Source: Candidatus Cloacimonadales bacterium
Lineage (GTDB): Bacteria > Cloacimonadota > Cloacimonadia > Cloacimonadales > DAONDQ01
Length of the DNA stretch: 64,000 bases
Direction: 5' to 3'
Assembly (NCBI GenBank): GCA_963662275.1
Contig: OY759316.1
Span: 2,688,001-2,752,000, forward strand
Part shown: positions 50,193-58,693 of the stretch, piece by piece
Layout: each line of letters begins with the position of its first letter
Numbering within the stretch: position 1 is the first letter of the stretch
Made by a program: the position numbers and the translations under genes
The notes under the pieces: model-generated
Seen by the model: the letters and a program-made list of their open reading frames with translations, nothing else
What the model was told of the DNA's origin: nothing
Databases searched by the model: none

Positions 50193-52658
50193 CTAAATAA
50201 ACAAATTCAAACTCGATTGTTCTGCAGCTTCCAGATAGGTAGCAACACCACCAATGTGAACACCATCCATTAATTCAGAGGCATCGACACCCATGATATC
50301 CATCGACATTTGGCAGGCAATCATCTCAACACCACCGTCAAGTGCTTCCTGGATCATCGTCTCCAATGCATCAACATTTTTCATTTTCATGCGCATTCTC
50401 ATCATGATTGGACCCAAACCCAACATATTCATCTTGGAAAGAGCTAAATGAAGACTGTTCTCAGGCATCATCATACTAAACATTTTGCCCATGAAGTCTT
50501 TCTTCACAACGGGTTTCTGCCTTCTCTTGATAACATTCAAACCCCAAAAGGTAAAGAACATGGTTACTTTCTTCCCCGTTGAAGCAGCTCCATTGGCAAT
50601 GACCATGCTCGCCAGGGCTTTATCCATATCGTCAGAGAAGACGATGATTGTCTTATCATTTCCAGCCTTATGGATAACAGATGAACCAGCACTATCCTTT
50701 TTCTCAATAATAGCAATCGTCATGCCTTTCTCTGTTGTTAATTCCAGTAACTTGTTTCCAGTCATATTGCACCAACTTCCCACATCATTCTTGAAACCTG
50801 GGTCTGAAGCCGAAATACGTAGATGATCACCGAAATTGATTTTTTCCATCTCTTTCTTGATGCGTAGGATAGGACCTGGACATTGCAGACCGCAGGCATC
50901 CACTTCCAGTACTTTGGCAGGTATTTTCAATTTCTCAGGGTCAAGCTGATAGATGTAGTCATCCTTCCCAATCACATCTTTTTCAAAGATATCCTCATTA
51001 CTCTGTTTTCCAGAAGCATGCTCATAAGTCTTGCAGCCACCTGTAAGGTTATAAACATCGTTGTAACCATGTTGTATGAGAATCCGTGCAGCCACATAAC
51101 CGCGTTGTCCCATACTGCAGAAAACGATAATTTTTTTATCTTTTGGAATCTCAGACATTCGGTTACGTAAATCATCCAGAGGAATATTCACAGCATTTTC
51201 GATGGTTCTAATTTTGAATTCATCAATCGTCCTGACATCCAACAAATATGAATTCTTGGGATCAAGATCAGCAATTTCATCCCAGTGAATGATCTTAACC
51301 AATCCTACTAGAATATTCTCAGCAGCAAAACCGGCAATATTTACAGGATCCTTTGCAGACGAATACGGTGGTGCATAGGCATGTTCAAGTGCTTGTAAAT
51401 CATAGATGGTTTCGTTATGCTGAATGACGGAAGCACATAAATCGATACGCTTATCCACTCCTTCATAGCCAATAATCTGAGCACCATAGAGTTTACCATC
51501 AGTTGGAGAAAAGACGATTTTAATAGTCAGCGGTAGCGCATTGGGGTAATATCCTGCATGAGAAGTACCGTGAATGATGGAGGAAATATAGGGAATGCCT
51601 TCAGCTTTCAATACTTTTTCTGATAATCCAGTGGAAGCTACTGTAATATCAAATACCTTCGCAATGGCAGTAACGATAGAACCTGCGTACTTTTTCTTAT
51701 TCCCATTTACGATATTATCTGCCACTATGCGTCCTTGCTTATTTGCCGGACCAGCCAGATAGGTGATCATTGGCTTTCCCAACACAGGATTCATAAAGGT
51801 AATCGCATCACCTACAGCATAAATATCGGGGTCTTTGGTCTGAAGATACTCGTTCACAACGATTCCATTCTTTTCACCCAATTCCAGACCTGCATCGCCT
51901 GCAAAATGACTATCAGGTTTAACACCGATGGATAGAATCACTAAATCTGCATCCAGTAACTTGCCACTATTCAATCTTACCTGCAATTTATCATCGGCTC
52001 GAACGAAGGAAGAAACTCCATCTTTCAGATAGAACTCGATGTTCTTAGTCTTCAAATGCTGATGTACTTCTGCAGCCATTTCATAATCAAGAGGAGTCAT
52101 TACCTGGTCACTCATTTCCACGATCGTGACGAAAATACCCCTGTGGTGCATATTCTCCGCCATTTCCAAGCCAATAAATCCTGCACCGATAATGACAACA
52201 CGTCCCACTTTGTTTTTATCTAAATAATCCTTGATACGGTCAGTGTCCATAACATTGCGGAGTGTAAATATCGAAAGGTCATTGATTCCAGGAATCGGAG
52301 GACGCAATGGCTCTGCACCAGGGGAAAGTATTAACTTATCATAAGCTTCATCGTATTCTTCACCGGTTAGTAATCTCTGGACACGTACTTTCTTATCATC
52401 ACGACGGATGGATAGGACTTCGTTTTGTACCCGGACATCTACTCGGAAGCGTTTGGCAAATTCTTCATTCGTTTGAACAAACAGACGGTCTCTATCTTTG
52501 ATTACACCACCAAGATAGTAGGGTAATCCACAATTTGCATAGGAAATGTACTGACCTCTTTCCATGATGATGATTTCCGCATGCTCATCCAGCCTGCGTA
52601 AACGTGCCGCAGCAGTAGCTCCGCCTGCCACGCCGCCAACGATAATATATTTAGCCAT
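50193..52658 (-). CDS. CoA-disulfide reductase fused to rhodanese, TusA and DsrE/DsrF-like domains
   Basis: GGVAGGA, SYANCGLP, YAPPYS; LDVRT..FCSMGQR (rhodanese); DACGLQCPGP (TusA); FFTFWG..ACQMSM (DsrE2). Confidence 0.92.
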   Translation of the reverse strand: MAKYIIVGGVAGGATAAARLRRLDEHAEIIIMERGQYISYANCGLPYYLGGVIKDRDRLFVQTNEEFAKRFRVDVRVQNEVLSIRRDDKKVRVQRLLTGEEYDEAYDKLILSPGAEPLRPPIPGINDLSIFTLRNVMDTDRIKDYLDKNKVGRVVIIGAGFIGLEMAENMHHRGIFVTIVEMSDQVMTPLDYEMAAEVHQHLKTKNIEFYLKDGVSSFVRADDKLQVRLNSGKLLDADLVILSIGVKPDSHFAGDAGLELGEKNGIVVNEYLQTKDPDIYAVGDAITFMNPVLGKPMITYLAGPANKQGRIVADNIVNGNKKKYAGSIVTAIAKVFDITVASTGLSEKVLKAEGIPYISSIIHGTSHAGYYPNALPLTIKIVFSPTDGKLYGAQIIGYEGVDKRIDLCASVIQHNETIYDLQALEHAYAPPYSSAKDPVNIAGFAAENILVGLVKIIHWDEIADLDPKNSYLLDVRTIDEFKIRTIENAVNIPLDDLRNRMSEIPKDKKIIVFCSMGQRGYVAARILIQHGYNDVYNLTGGCKTYEHASGKQSNEDIFEKDVIGKDDYIYQLDPEKLKIPAKVLEVDACGLQCPGPILRIKKEMEKINFGDHLRISASDPGFKNDVGSWCNMTGNKLLELTTEKGMTIAIIEKKDSAGSSVIHKAGNDKTIIVFSDDMDKALASMVIANGAASTGKKVTMFFTFWGLNVIKRRQKPVVKKDFMGKMFSMMMPENSLHLALSKMNMLGLGPIMMRMRMKMKNVDALETMIQEALDGGVEMIACQMSMDIMGVDASELMDGVHIGGVATYLEAAEQSSLNLFI

Positions 52659-52877
52659 GAATAGCTCCTTCAAATGAATTAATATTTTCGGTTATATAAT
52701 ATACCATTCGCTAAATCTGGCAAGAAACAAATTGTTAATGCTTATTTTTTTAAAGCATTACGGAGCAATATCCTAAATCTCCTTTCTCTTGGATGCCTCT
52801 CAAGCTGCCCTCAAAGCACAATGATAAGTGAAACCAAAGATAACTTAAATACAAGCTAACCAGTAGCTAAAATACTT

Positions 52878-52940
52878 TAGGAGCTGGTTAGGAGCTGGTT
52901 AGGAGCTGGTTAGAAGCTGATTAGGTGCTGTTTAGCTGCT
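52878..52940 (+). repeat. 11-mer tandem repeat (TAGGAGCTGGT)x3 + 3 degenerate units
   Basis: Directly visible periodicity. Confidence 0.85.
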
Positions 52941-52983
52941 TACTTGAGGGCTGTCCCTGTGGTTTCCGTGGTCACTTATTATA

Positions 52984-53032
52984 ATTTCCATAGGGAAGAA
53001 ACATATTAACACTGGATTTTAATCCGGTGACA
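52984..53032 (-). repeat. 49-bp palindromic dispersed repeat, copy 2 (contains the stop codon of the FGE gene)
   Basis: Inverted match to 18148-18196. Confidence 0.85.
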
Positions 53033-54419
53033 TCTTACGACGAGAGATCACAGTCCCAGGGGAAACCCTACACACCCGGAAGCCTAAATAGTCGTAGCTG
53101 AGAGTCGCACTATTGTAGACTGACCGACTGGAAACGGTGCAGAGGTTCGGATCGGCGTTCCAGCCACCACCGCGATCCAAATGGGCAGACCACCCACTCA
53201 CAGCACCATGGGGATTATTTTGTTCGTCTATGGAGTAACTACCATAAATATCCCATACCCACTCGATAATGTTGCCACTCATATCAAACAGACCCAACTC
53301 ATTGGCTGATTTCGTACCCACTGCATGAGTCCTGAGACCTGCGTTATTCCCATACCAAGCCACTCTATTTATATCATTACTGCCACTATAAACATAACCA
53401 TGTGTTGAGTTACCACCTCGCGCGGCAAATTCCCATTCTGCTTCGGTGGGCAAGCGATAGCCATTCGCTGTCCAACTGCAGGAGACATTGGTGTGATTGT
53501 TATAGTCTGTATTCCAGCCAGTAGGCCAGGTTGCAGGATTCGTGCCATAAGTGCTGTAACTGTAGCAGGGAGTAATACCTTCGTTGATGCTCCTGCGATT
53601 GCAATACTCGATGGCATTGAACCAGGAGACTTGCTCCACAGGACCATTGGTTACACCAGTGAAATGGGAAGGATTCACGCCCATTACAGCCTGATAAGCC
53701 GTTTGCTTAAGTTCATACTTATCCATATAGAAGAATGATACAGTCACTCTATGTGTAGGTAATTCATTTGAGTCTCCGCCTCCGTATATATCACCCATGG
53801 TGAAAGTTCCACCCGGCACCAAGATCATCTGACCTGGCATAGTCCCAATAGCAAATATGCCTGCTGCGATTGCGCTATCAGTCCAGCCTGATTTGATAGC
53901 TTTGGCTTTGATTGTCGTTGTTGAAGCGATATTTATTGGGTTTGAATATAGTGTTGATAACGATGTTGGATCACTGCCATTGGTTGTATAGCGGATAGCT
54001 GCACCTGCTGTTGTACAGGAAATAGTCACATTCTGAGCGGAAGCATATGTTGTATTTCCGGGGGGATTGAAAGTTGGTGTAACAACAGTTTGTATAATAG
54101 TATAAATGGCAGATGTTATTGTGCTATCTGTCCAGCCTGATTTGAAAGCTTTGGCTTTGATTGTCGTTGTTGATGCGATATTTATTGGGTTTGAATATAG
54201 TGTTGATGAAGATGTGGGATCACTGCCATTGGTTGTGTATCTGATCGTTGCTTCACTAGTCGCACATGTAATACTTACTCTTTGAGCTTCAGTGAATGTT
54301 CCCCCTTCTGGACTAAACACAGGAATTGCACATGGATACTTGGGTTCTGTTGTTTTCTTATCGCAGCTAAGAATACATATCAGGACTGCTAAGGTTAAAA
54401 AGGGAATCAAGATTCTCAT
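53019..54419 (-). CDS. Surface lipoprotein: two chitobiase/Fn3-associated domains + FGE-sulfatase (C-type-lectin-fold) domain
   Basis: Lipobox ILSC; duplicated IRYTTNGSDPT..YSNPINI..IKAKA; GGTFTMG, PVEQVSW, YRLPTEAEWEFAARGG, GLFDMSGN, RGGGW, GFRVCR. Confidence 0.9.
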   Translation of the reverse strand: MRILIPFLTLAVLICILSCDKKTTEPKYPCAIPVFSPEGGTFTEAQRVSITCATSEATIRYTTNGSDPTSSSTLYSNPINIASTTTIKAKAFKSGWTDSTITSAIYTIIQTVVTPTFNPPGNTTYASAQNVTISCTTAGAAIRYTTNGSDPTSLSTLYSNPINIASTTTIKAKAIKSGWTDSAIAAGIFAIGTMPGQMILVPGGTFTMGDIYGGGDSNELPTHRVTVSFFYMDKYELKQTAYQAVMGVNPSHFTGVTNGPVEQVSWFNAIEYCNRRSINEGITPCYSYSTYGTNPATWPTGWNTDYNNHTNVSCSWTANGYRLPTEAEWEFAARGGNSTHGYVYSGSNDINRVAWYGNNAGLRTHAVGTKSANELGLFDMSGNIIEWVWDIYGSYSIDEQNNPHGAVSGWSAHLDRGGGWNADPNLCTVSSRSVYNSATLSYDYLGFRVCRVSPGTVISRRKMSPD

Positions 54420-54619
54420 ATTTTCTCCCTGAATATTATGATTATTATTTATTCACCTAACGAATAATAGAAATTAATATTTTTGAAGCGAATGGTCAAG
54501 TTTTGTATTATTTACTTCCAGAGTTGTAGGATTACAAACCCAACGACATAACAGCTTACAAAGCTACACTCCTGATTTCGACAATGCCATTATCGAATAC
54601 AATAGCTTACCAATCTATA

Positions 54620-55339
54620 TTACGCTAGCCATTCATCCACGAGTATTGGTAATATATCCCCTGATTTCCCCTGGAAGAACTCATCAAAAAAGTGCGCATT
54701 GTCCGGTGCTTCGAGATTAATGCCGATGATCTTTGCCTTCATCATTTTGGCATAGGCTGCAAACCCTGCTGCCGGATAAACCACACCGCTGGTGCCAATG
54801 ACGATCAGATAACTAGACCTCGAAAGCTTATTATCGATTTCTTCCATGTAGTAAGGAATCTCTCCAAACCACACAACATCGGGGCGAAGGTATTTCCCAC
54901 AGGCAGGACAGAGAGGTATTTCCTGCTTAAGATCGATTGCATCCATCTGATAATGTGTATCACAGCCTATACATAAGCATTCTCTTAAACGGCCGTGCAT
55001 TTCATAGATGCGCTTGTTTCCTGCGGCATGATGCAAACCATCAATGTTCTGCGTAACTAGACAAAACCTGTCTTTTAAGGCATCTTCCAGCGTTTTAAGA
55101 GCATAATGAGCTGGATTGGGCTTTACTGTAGCCAATTGAGCATAACGTTCCTTATAGAACTTCCAGACCAATGACGGATTACGTATAAAACCACGGGGAG
55201 TAGCTACATCTTCTATATCATGATCTTCCCAAAGACCGTTATTATCCCTGAAAGTCCGAATACCTGACTCAGCGCTGATACCGGCACCAGTTAGGACAAC
55301 GATTCGATGTTCAGGTAATATTGTGAATTTTGATTTCAT
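54620..55339 (-). CDS. cobB: NAD-dependent protein deacylase (sirtuin)
   Basis: GAGISAESG, TQNIDGLH, HG..C..C..C..C, RPDVVWFGE, GTSGVVYPA. Confidence 0.93.
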   Translation of the reverse strand: MKSKFTILPEHRIVVLTGAGISAESGIRTFRDNNGLWEDHDIEDVATPRGFIRNPSLVWKFYKERYAQLATVKPNPAHYALKTLEDALKDRFCLVTQNIDGLHHAAGNKRIYEMHGRLRECLCIGCDTHYQMDAIDLKQEIPLCPACGKYLRPDVVWFGEIPYYMEEIDNKLSRSSYLIVIGTSGVVYPAAGFAAYAKMMKAKIIGINLEAPDNAHFFDEFFQGKSGDILPILVDEWLA

Positions 55340-55355
55340 AGTAACCTCATAATTA

Positions 55356-55411
55356 ATCATAAGATCGGAATCTTAAGCCACAAGACAGTAGGATCGGCAT
55401 CCTACTCCACG
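55356..55411. repeat. Two short palindromic REP-like elements
   Basis: ATCATAAGATCGGAATCTTAAGCC (inverted copy at 58536-58559) and GTAGGATCGGCATCCTAC family copy. Confidence 0.7.
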
Positions 55412-56133
55412 TTATTAGAATTGAAGAACGCTCTCACTTCCGGTATGGAGGATTTGATGATCTCTGCATAAGTGCCCGTAAAAATCAGCTTGGAGCCATG
55501 CAGCATGGCAATATGTTCCCCAGTTCTGCGTATGCAGTCGAGGTCATGGGTAATGATGATGGAAGTGACATTACATTTCTCCTGTAGTGAAATAATCAGG
55601 TCAATGATCTCCGTAGCAGAAACAGGGTCTAATCCAGTTGTCGGTTCATCATAGATCACATATTCCGGTTCGAGGATAATGGCACGGGCAAGAGCTATCC
55701 TCTTTCTCATCCCACCACTCAATTCAGAAGGCATTTTATCCATGATTCCCGACAATCCGACCATATGCAACTTTTCTTCTACGAGAAGATTAATTTCATC
55801 CAGCTTCTTATTCGTATGTTCAACCAGGGGTAAAGCCACATTTTGAAAAACATTCAAAGAATCAAAGAGCGCAGCACCCTGGAATAGCATGGCAAGCAAA
55901 CGCCTTGTATTGAATAGTTCATCATCTTTAACTGCATGAATATCAACGCCATCAATGAACACTTGTCCCTGCATAGGATGAAAAAGCCCTTCCACTGTTT
56001 TCATCAGAACGCTTTTACCACTACCGCTTCTTCCAATTATGACTGTTGTCTTGTGATTCGGGATCGTGAGAGTCACTTCATCCAGGACTATCATATCTCC
56101 GAAGCCAACGGTCAGATTCTTGATTTCAATCAT
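55402..56133 (-). CDS. ABC transporter ATP-binding protein (MlaF/Mkl family)
   Basis: GRSGSGKS, MLFQGAALFDS, LSGGMRKR, YDEPTTGLDP, ITHD. Confidence 0.9.
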   Translation of the reverse strand: MIEIKNLTVGFGDMIVLDEVTLTIPNHKTTVIIGRSGSGKSVLMKTVEGLFHPMQGQVFIDGVDIHAVKDDELFNTRRLLAMLFQGAALFDSLNVFQNVALPLVEHTNKKLDEINLLVEEKLHMVGLSGIMDKMPSELSGGMRKRIALARAIILEPEYVIYDEPTTGLDPVSATEIIDLIISLQEKCNVTSIIITHDLDCIRRTGEHIAMLHGSKLIFTGTYAEIIKSSIPEVRAFFNSNNVE

Positions 56134-56147
56134 TTAGTCAGACCTCA

Positions 56148-56223
56148 TTCAAATAGCAAGAACGGCGTCTTGCTTTACTTACCAGAAGGTCTTTCAAATA
56201 GCAAGAACGGCGTCTTGCTTTAC
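56148..56223. repeat. Tandem pair of 31-bp palindromic repeats
   Basis: TTCAAATAGCAAGAACGGCGTCTTGCTTTAC at 56148 and 56193; the second overlaps the mtaB stop. Confidence 0.85.
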
Positions 56224-58520
56224 AAATATTCATCATATAAGGTTACCTCTATTCCATCTCTAAAAGGTTGTTTGGGAGTAAACTTCAACAACTCTCCCTT
56301 GAGTTGGGTTGCTGAACTCCGATTCGGCAAATATATCCTCACAAAATGGTCTGACAAAGCAGTCCAATATCCGTCTTCCTGCGTCTCAATTACACCGGAT
56401 AATGGAATTTTATGCAAGATTAAATACTGAAGATATTCCTTAAGCTTTGTTTCCGATAACTTGTGAAGTACCTTATTCCTCTCTGTCGAAACGGTTCCAT
56501 GCACTTTATCCTTCATGGCAGCAGCTTCCGTACCGGGTCTTGAGGAATAGGAAAACACATGCAGATAAGTGAAAGGCAGAGCTTCCAGGAAATGCAGGGT
56601 TTCGTTGAACAACTCATCAGTTTCTCCAGGAAAGCCAGTGATCACATCTAAGCCAATCGCCATATCAGGATGGATTGACTTCATTTTGAGAATGATGTCC
56701 CTGAATTCTTTCGCATCATAGTGTCGTTTCATTCTACTTAAGATCGTATCAGAGCCTGACTGCATGGAAATATGGAAATGATGGCAGAGCTTTTTACTTG
56801 TTTTGATGAAATCCCACATCCTATCTGTCAGCAATTGTGGTTCAATAGATGAAATGCGGATATGCTCTACCCCTTCCATTCCTTCAATCATTTCGAGCAA
56901 GGCAGCCAAATCAGTCTTTTGTTCCAAGTCTCTACCATACAAGCCTAGATTGATGCCTCCAAGCACGAATTCCTGGTAGCCATTGGATACAAGCAAGGAG
57001 ATTTGTTCTTTAATTTTATCCATTTCACGGCTTCTGGAATGCCCACGTGCAAAGGGAACAGCACAGTAGGCACAATAGAAATCACAGCCATCCTGGACTT
57101 TAATGAAAGCACGTGAACGCTCCGGCATCTGGGTAGCACTCAGTTCCTGGAACTTGCTGTAACCGAGTATATCAGAGAAACAGTCTCTATTTGATTCAAG
57201 GAGTTCAGGAATCATATCCTTATGCTGGTTATCAACCACAAGGTCAATATTCCCAAGCTCTTTCACCTGTTTGTATTGTCTCTGTGAGAAACAGCCTGTG
57301 ACCACAATCTTTGCCTGCGGATTCAGTTCCTTCTGCTCTAATGCCTTACGAATGGCATTACGGCTTTTATAATCGGTACGATTCGTAACTGTACAAGTAT
57401 TAATGATATACACATCCGCGGGTTCATTGAAGTCAACCGTTTCGTAGCCCACCAATTCAAAACTGCTGATGATACAGGCAGATTCATACTGGTTGACCTT
57501 GCAGCCCAATGTGAGGATAGCCACCTTCGAAGTTCGAAGTCCGAAGTCCGAAGTCCGAAGTGCAGAGTAGGGGTCCGCGTCAGCAGACCCACCATCGGAA
57601 GTGCGAAGTCCGAAGTTCGAAGTACGAAGTGCAGAGTAGGGGTTTGCGGAAGTAAACCCACCATCGGAAGTGCGAAGTCTGAAGTGCGAAGTATGAAGTG
57701 AAGAGTAGGGGTTTGCGGAAGTAAACCCACCATCAGAAGTGCGAAGTCCAAAGTTCGAAGTTCGAAGTGCAGAGTAGGGGTTTGCGGAAGTAAACCCACC
57801 ATCGGAAGTGCGAAGTCCGAAGTTCGAAGTTCGAAGTGCAGAGTAGGGGTTTGCAGAAGTAAACCCACCATCGGAAGTGCGAAGTCCGAAGTTCGAAGTT
57901 CGAAGTGCAGAGTAGGGGTTTGCGGAAGTAAACCCATTCTTCCCATCTAAAATACTTGCAATCGTCTTCCCGTAAAGCTCATGCTCCACTGCCAACACTT
58001 TGGCTGCTATTTCCTCAGGGGATTTACATCCAGTAATATCCACTTCCTGCTGGGCTATGATCTTCCCTGCATCGTAATCTTCATTCACCCAATGCACGGT
58101 TGCTCCGCTCATCTTCTCTTTGGCTGCAAACACTGCTTCATGTACAAAATGTCCGTACATCCCCTCTCCCCCATACTTAGGAAGCAGAGCCGGATGGATA
58201 TTGACGATCGGGCAGGAAACTGACTGAATAAATTCATGACTGAGCTTAAAAAGAAAACCGGATAAGACCAGCAAATCTATTTTATGCAAATGAATCAACT
58301 CTGTAAGAGTTGATTCAAATTGCTGAATGTCTGTTGCTTTTAAAAAAATTGAAGGAATCTGAAAAGCTTCGCACTTCTCTATGATAGGCGCATACTTCCT
58401 TGTAACGATGACAAATGACACTTCCACGGGTAGATTGTTCTCCCGCAGAAAGTGAACGATCGCTTCAAAGTTTGAACCACGGCTCATTCCTGAAGTGAGG
58501 AAGGCTATTTTTTTAGTCAT
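56220..58520 (-). CDS. Fusion: PurN-type formyltransferase + repeat linker + MtaB tRNA methylthiotransferase
   Basis: N-term GSNF, NIHPALLP, GATVHWV..YDAG (PurN); C-term TLGCKVNQYES, NTCTV, KVQDGCDFYCAYC, DVITGFPGE (MtaB radical SAM); single open frame. Confidence 0.85.
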   Translation of the reverse strand: MTKKIAFLTSGMSRGSNFEAIVHFLRENNLPVEVSFVIVTRKYAPIIEKCEAFQIPSIFLKATDIQQFESTLTELIHLHKIDLLVLSGFLFKLSHEFIQSVSCPIVNIHPALLPKYGGEGMYGHFVHEAVFAAKEKMSGATVHWVNEDYDAGKIIAQQEVDITGCKSPEEIAAKVLAVEHELYGKTIASILDGKNGFTSANPYSALRTSNFGLRTSDGGFTSANPYSALRTSNFGLRTSDGGFTSANPYSALRTSNFGLRTSDGGFTSANPYSSLHTSHFRLRTSDGGFTSANPYSALRTSNFGLRTSDGGSADADPYSALRTSDFGLRTSKVAILTLGCKVNQYESACIISSFELVGYETVDFNEPADVYIINTCTVTNRTDYKSRNAIRKALEQKELNPQAKIVVTGCFSQRQYKQVKELGNIDLVVDNQHKDMIPELLESNRDCFSDILGYSKFQELSATQMPERSRAFIKVQDGCDFYCAYCAVPFARGHSRSREMDKIKEQISLLVSNGYQEFVLGGINLGLYGRDLEQKTDLAALLEMIEGMEGVEHIRISSIEPQLLTDRMWDFIKTSKKLCHHFHISMQSGSDTILSRMKRHYDAKEFRDIILKMKSIHPDMAIGLDVITGFPGETDELFNETLHFLEALPFTYLHVFSYSSRPGTEAAAMKDKVHGTVSTERNKVLHKLSETKLKEYLQYLILHKIPLSGVIETQEDGYWTALSDHFVRIYLPNRSSATQLKGELLKFTPKQPFRDGIEVTLYDEYL
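57528..57935 (+). repeat. 69-bp x6 tandem array (GTAG-REP + CGAAGTN heptamers) inside the CDS
   Basis: GTAGGGGT at 57567, 57636, 57705, 57774, 57843, 57912; total 408 bp = 136 codons. Confidence 0.95.
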
Positions 58521-58535
58521 TGAATCCTTTTTTAT

Positions 58536-58693
58536 GGCATAAGATTCCGATCTTATGATATTTCTTCAGAACACTCTGAAGTGTATGCTACGACTTACCT
58601 CATCTATCACGTGGAGTAGGATTCCAATCCTACTGAAGAACCAACCGGTTGAACCCGGAGCTACGACATACTACCGGTTGAACCCAGAGCTAC
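58536..58693. repeat. Cluster of REP-like palindromes between purN and aspS
   Basis: 58536-58559, 58610-58637, and minus-strand GTAGCTCYGGGTTCAACCGG x2 (58645-58664, 58674-58693). Confidence 0.75.

Noticed and set aside
53019..54419. Complete DGR locus or true formylglycine-generating enzyme
   Set aside because: No RT, avd or template repeat was found in the window, and the catalytic Cys pair of FGE is not present.
57528..57935. CRISPR array
   Set aside because: The inter-hairpin segments are near-identical heptamer runs rather than unique spacers, the array lies in-frame in a CDS, and there are no cas genes.
55356..58637. Composite element or invertible segment bounded by inverted repeats around mlaF and purN-mtaB
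   Set aside because: The two repeat pairs occur in A-B...A'-B' order rather than mirrored, so independent REP copies explain them better.
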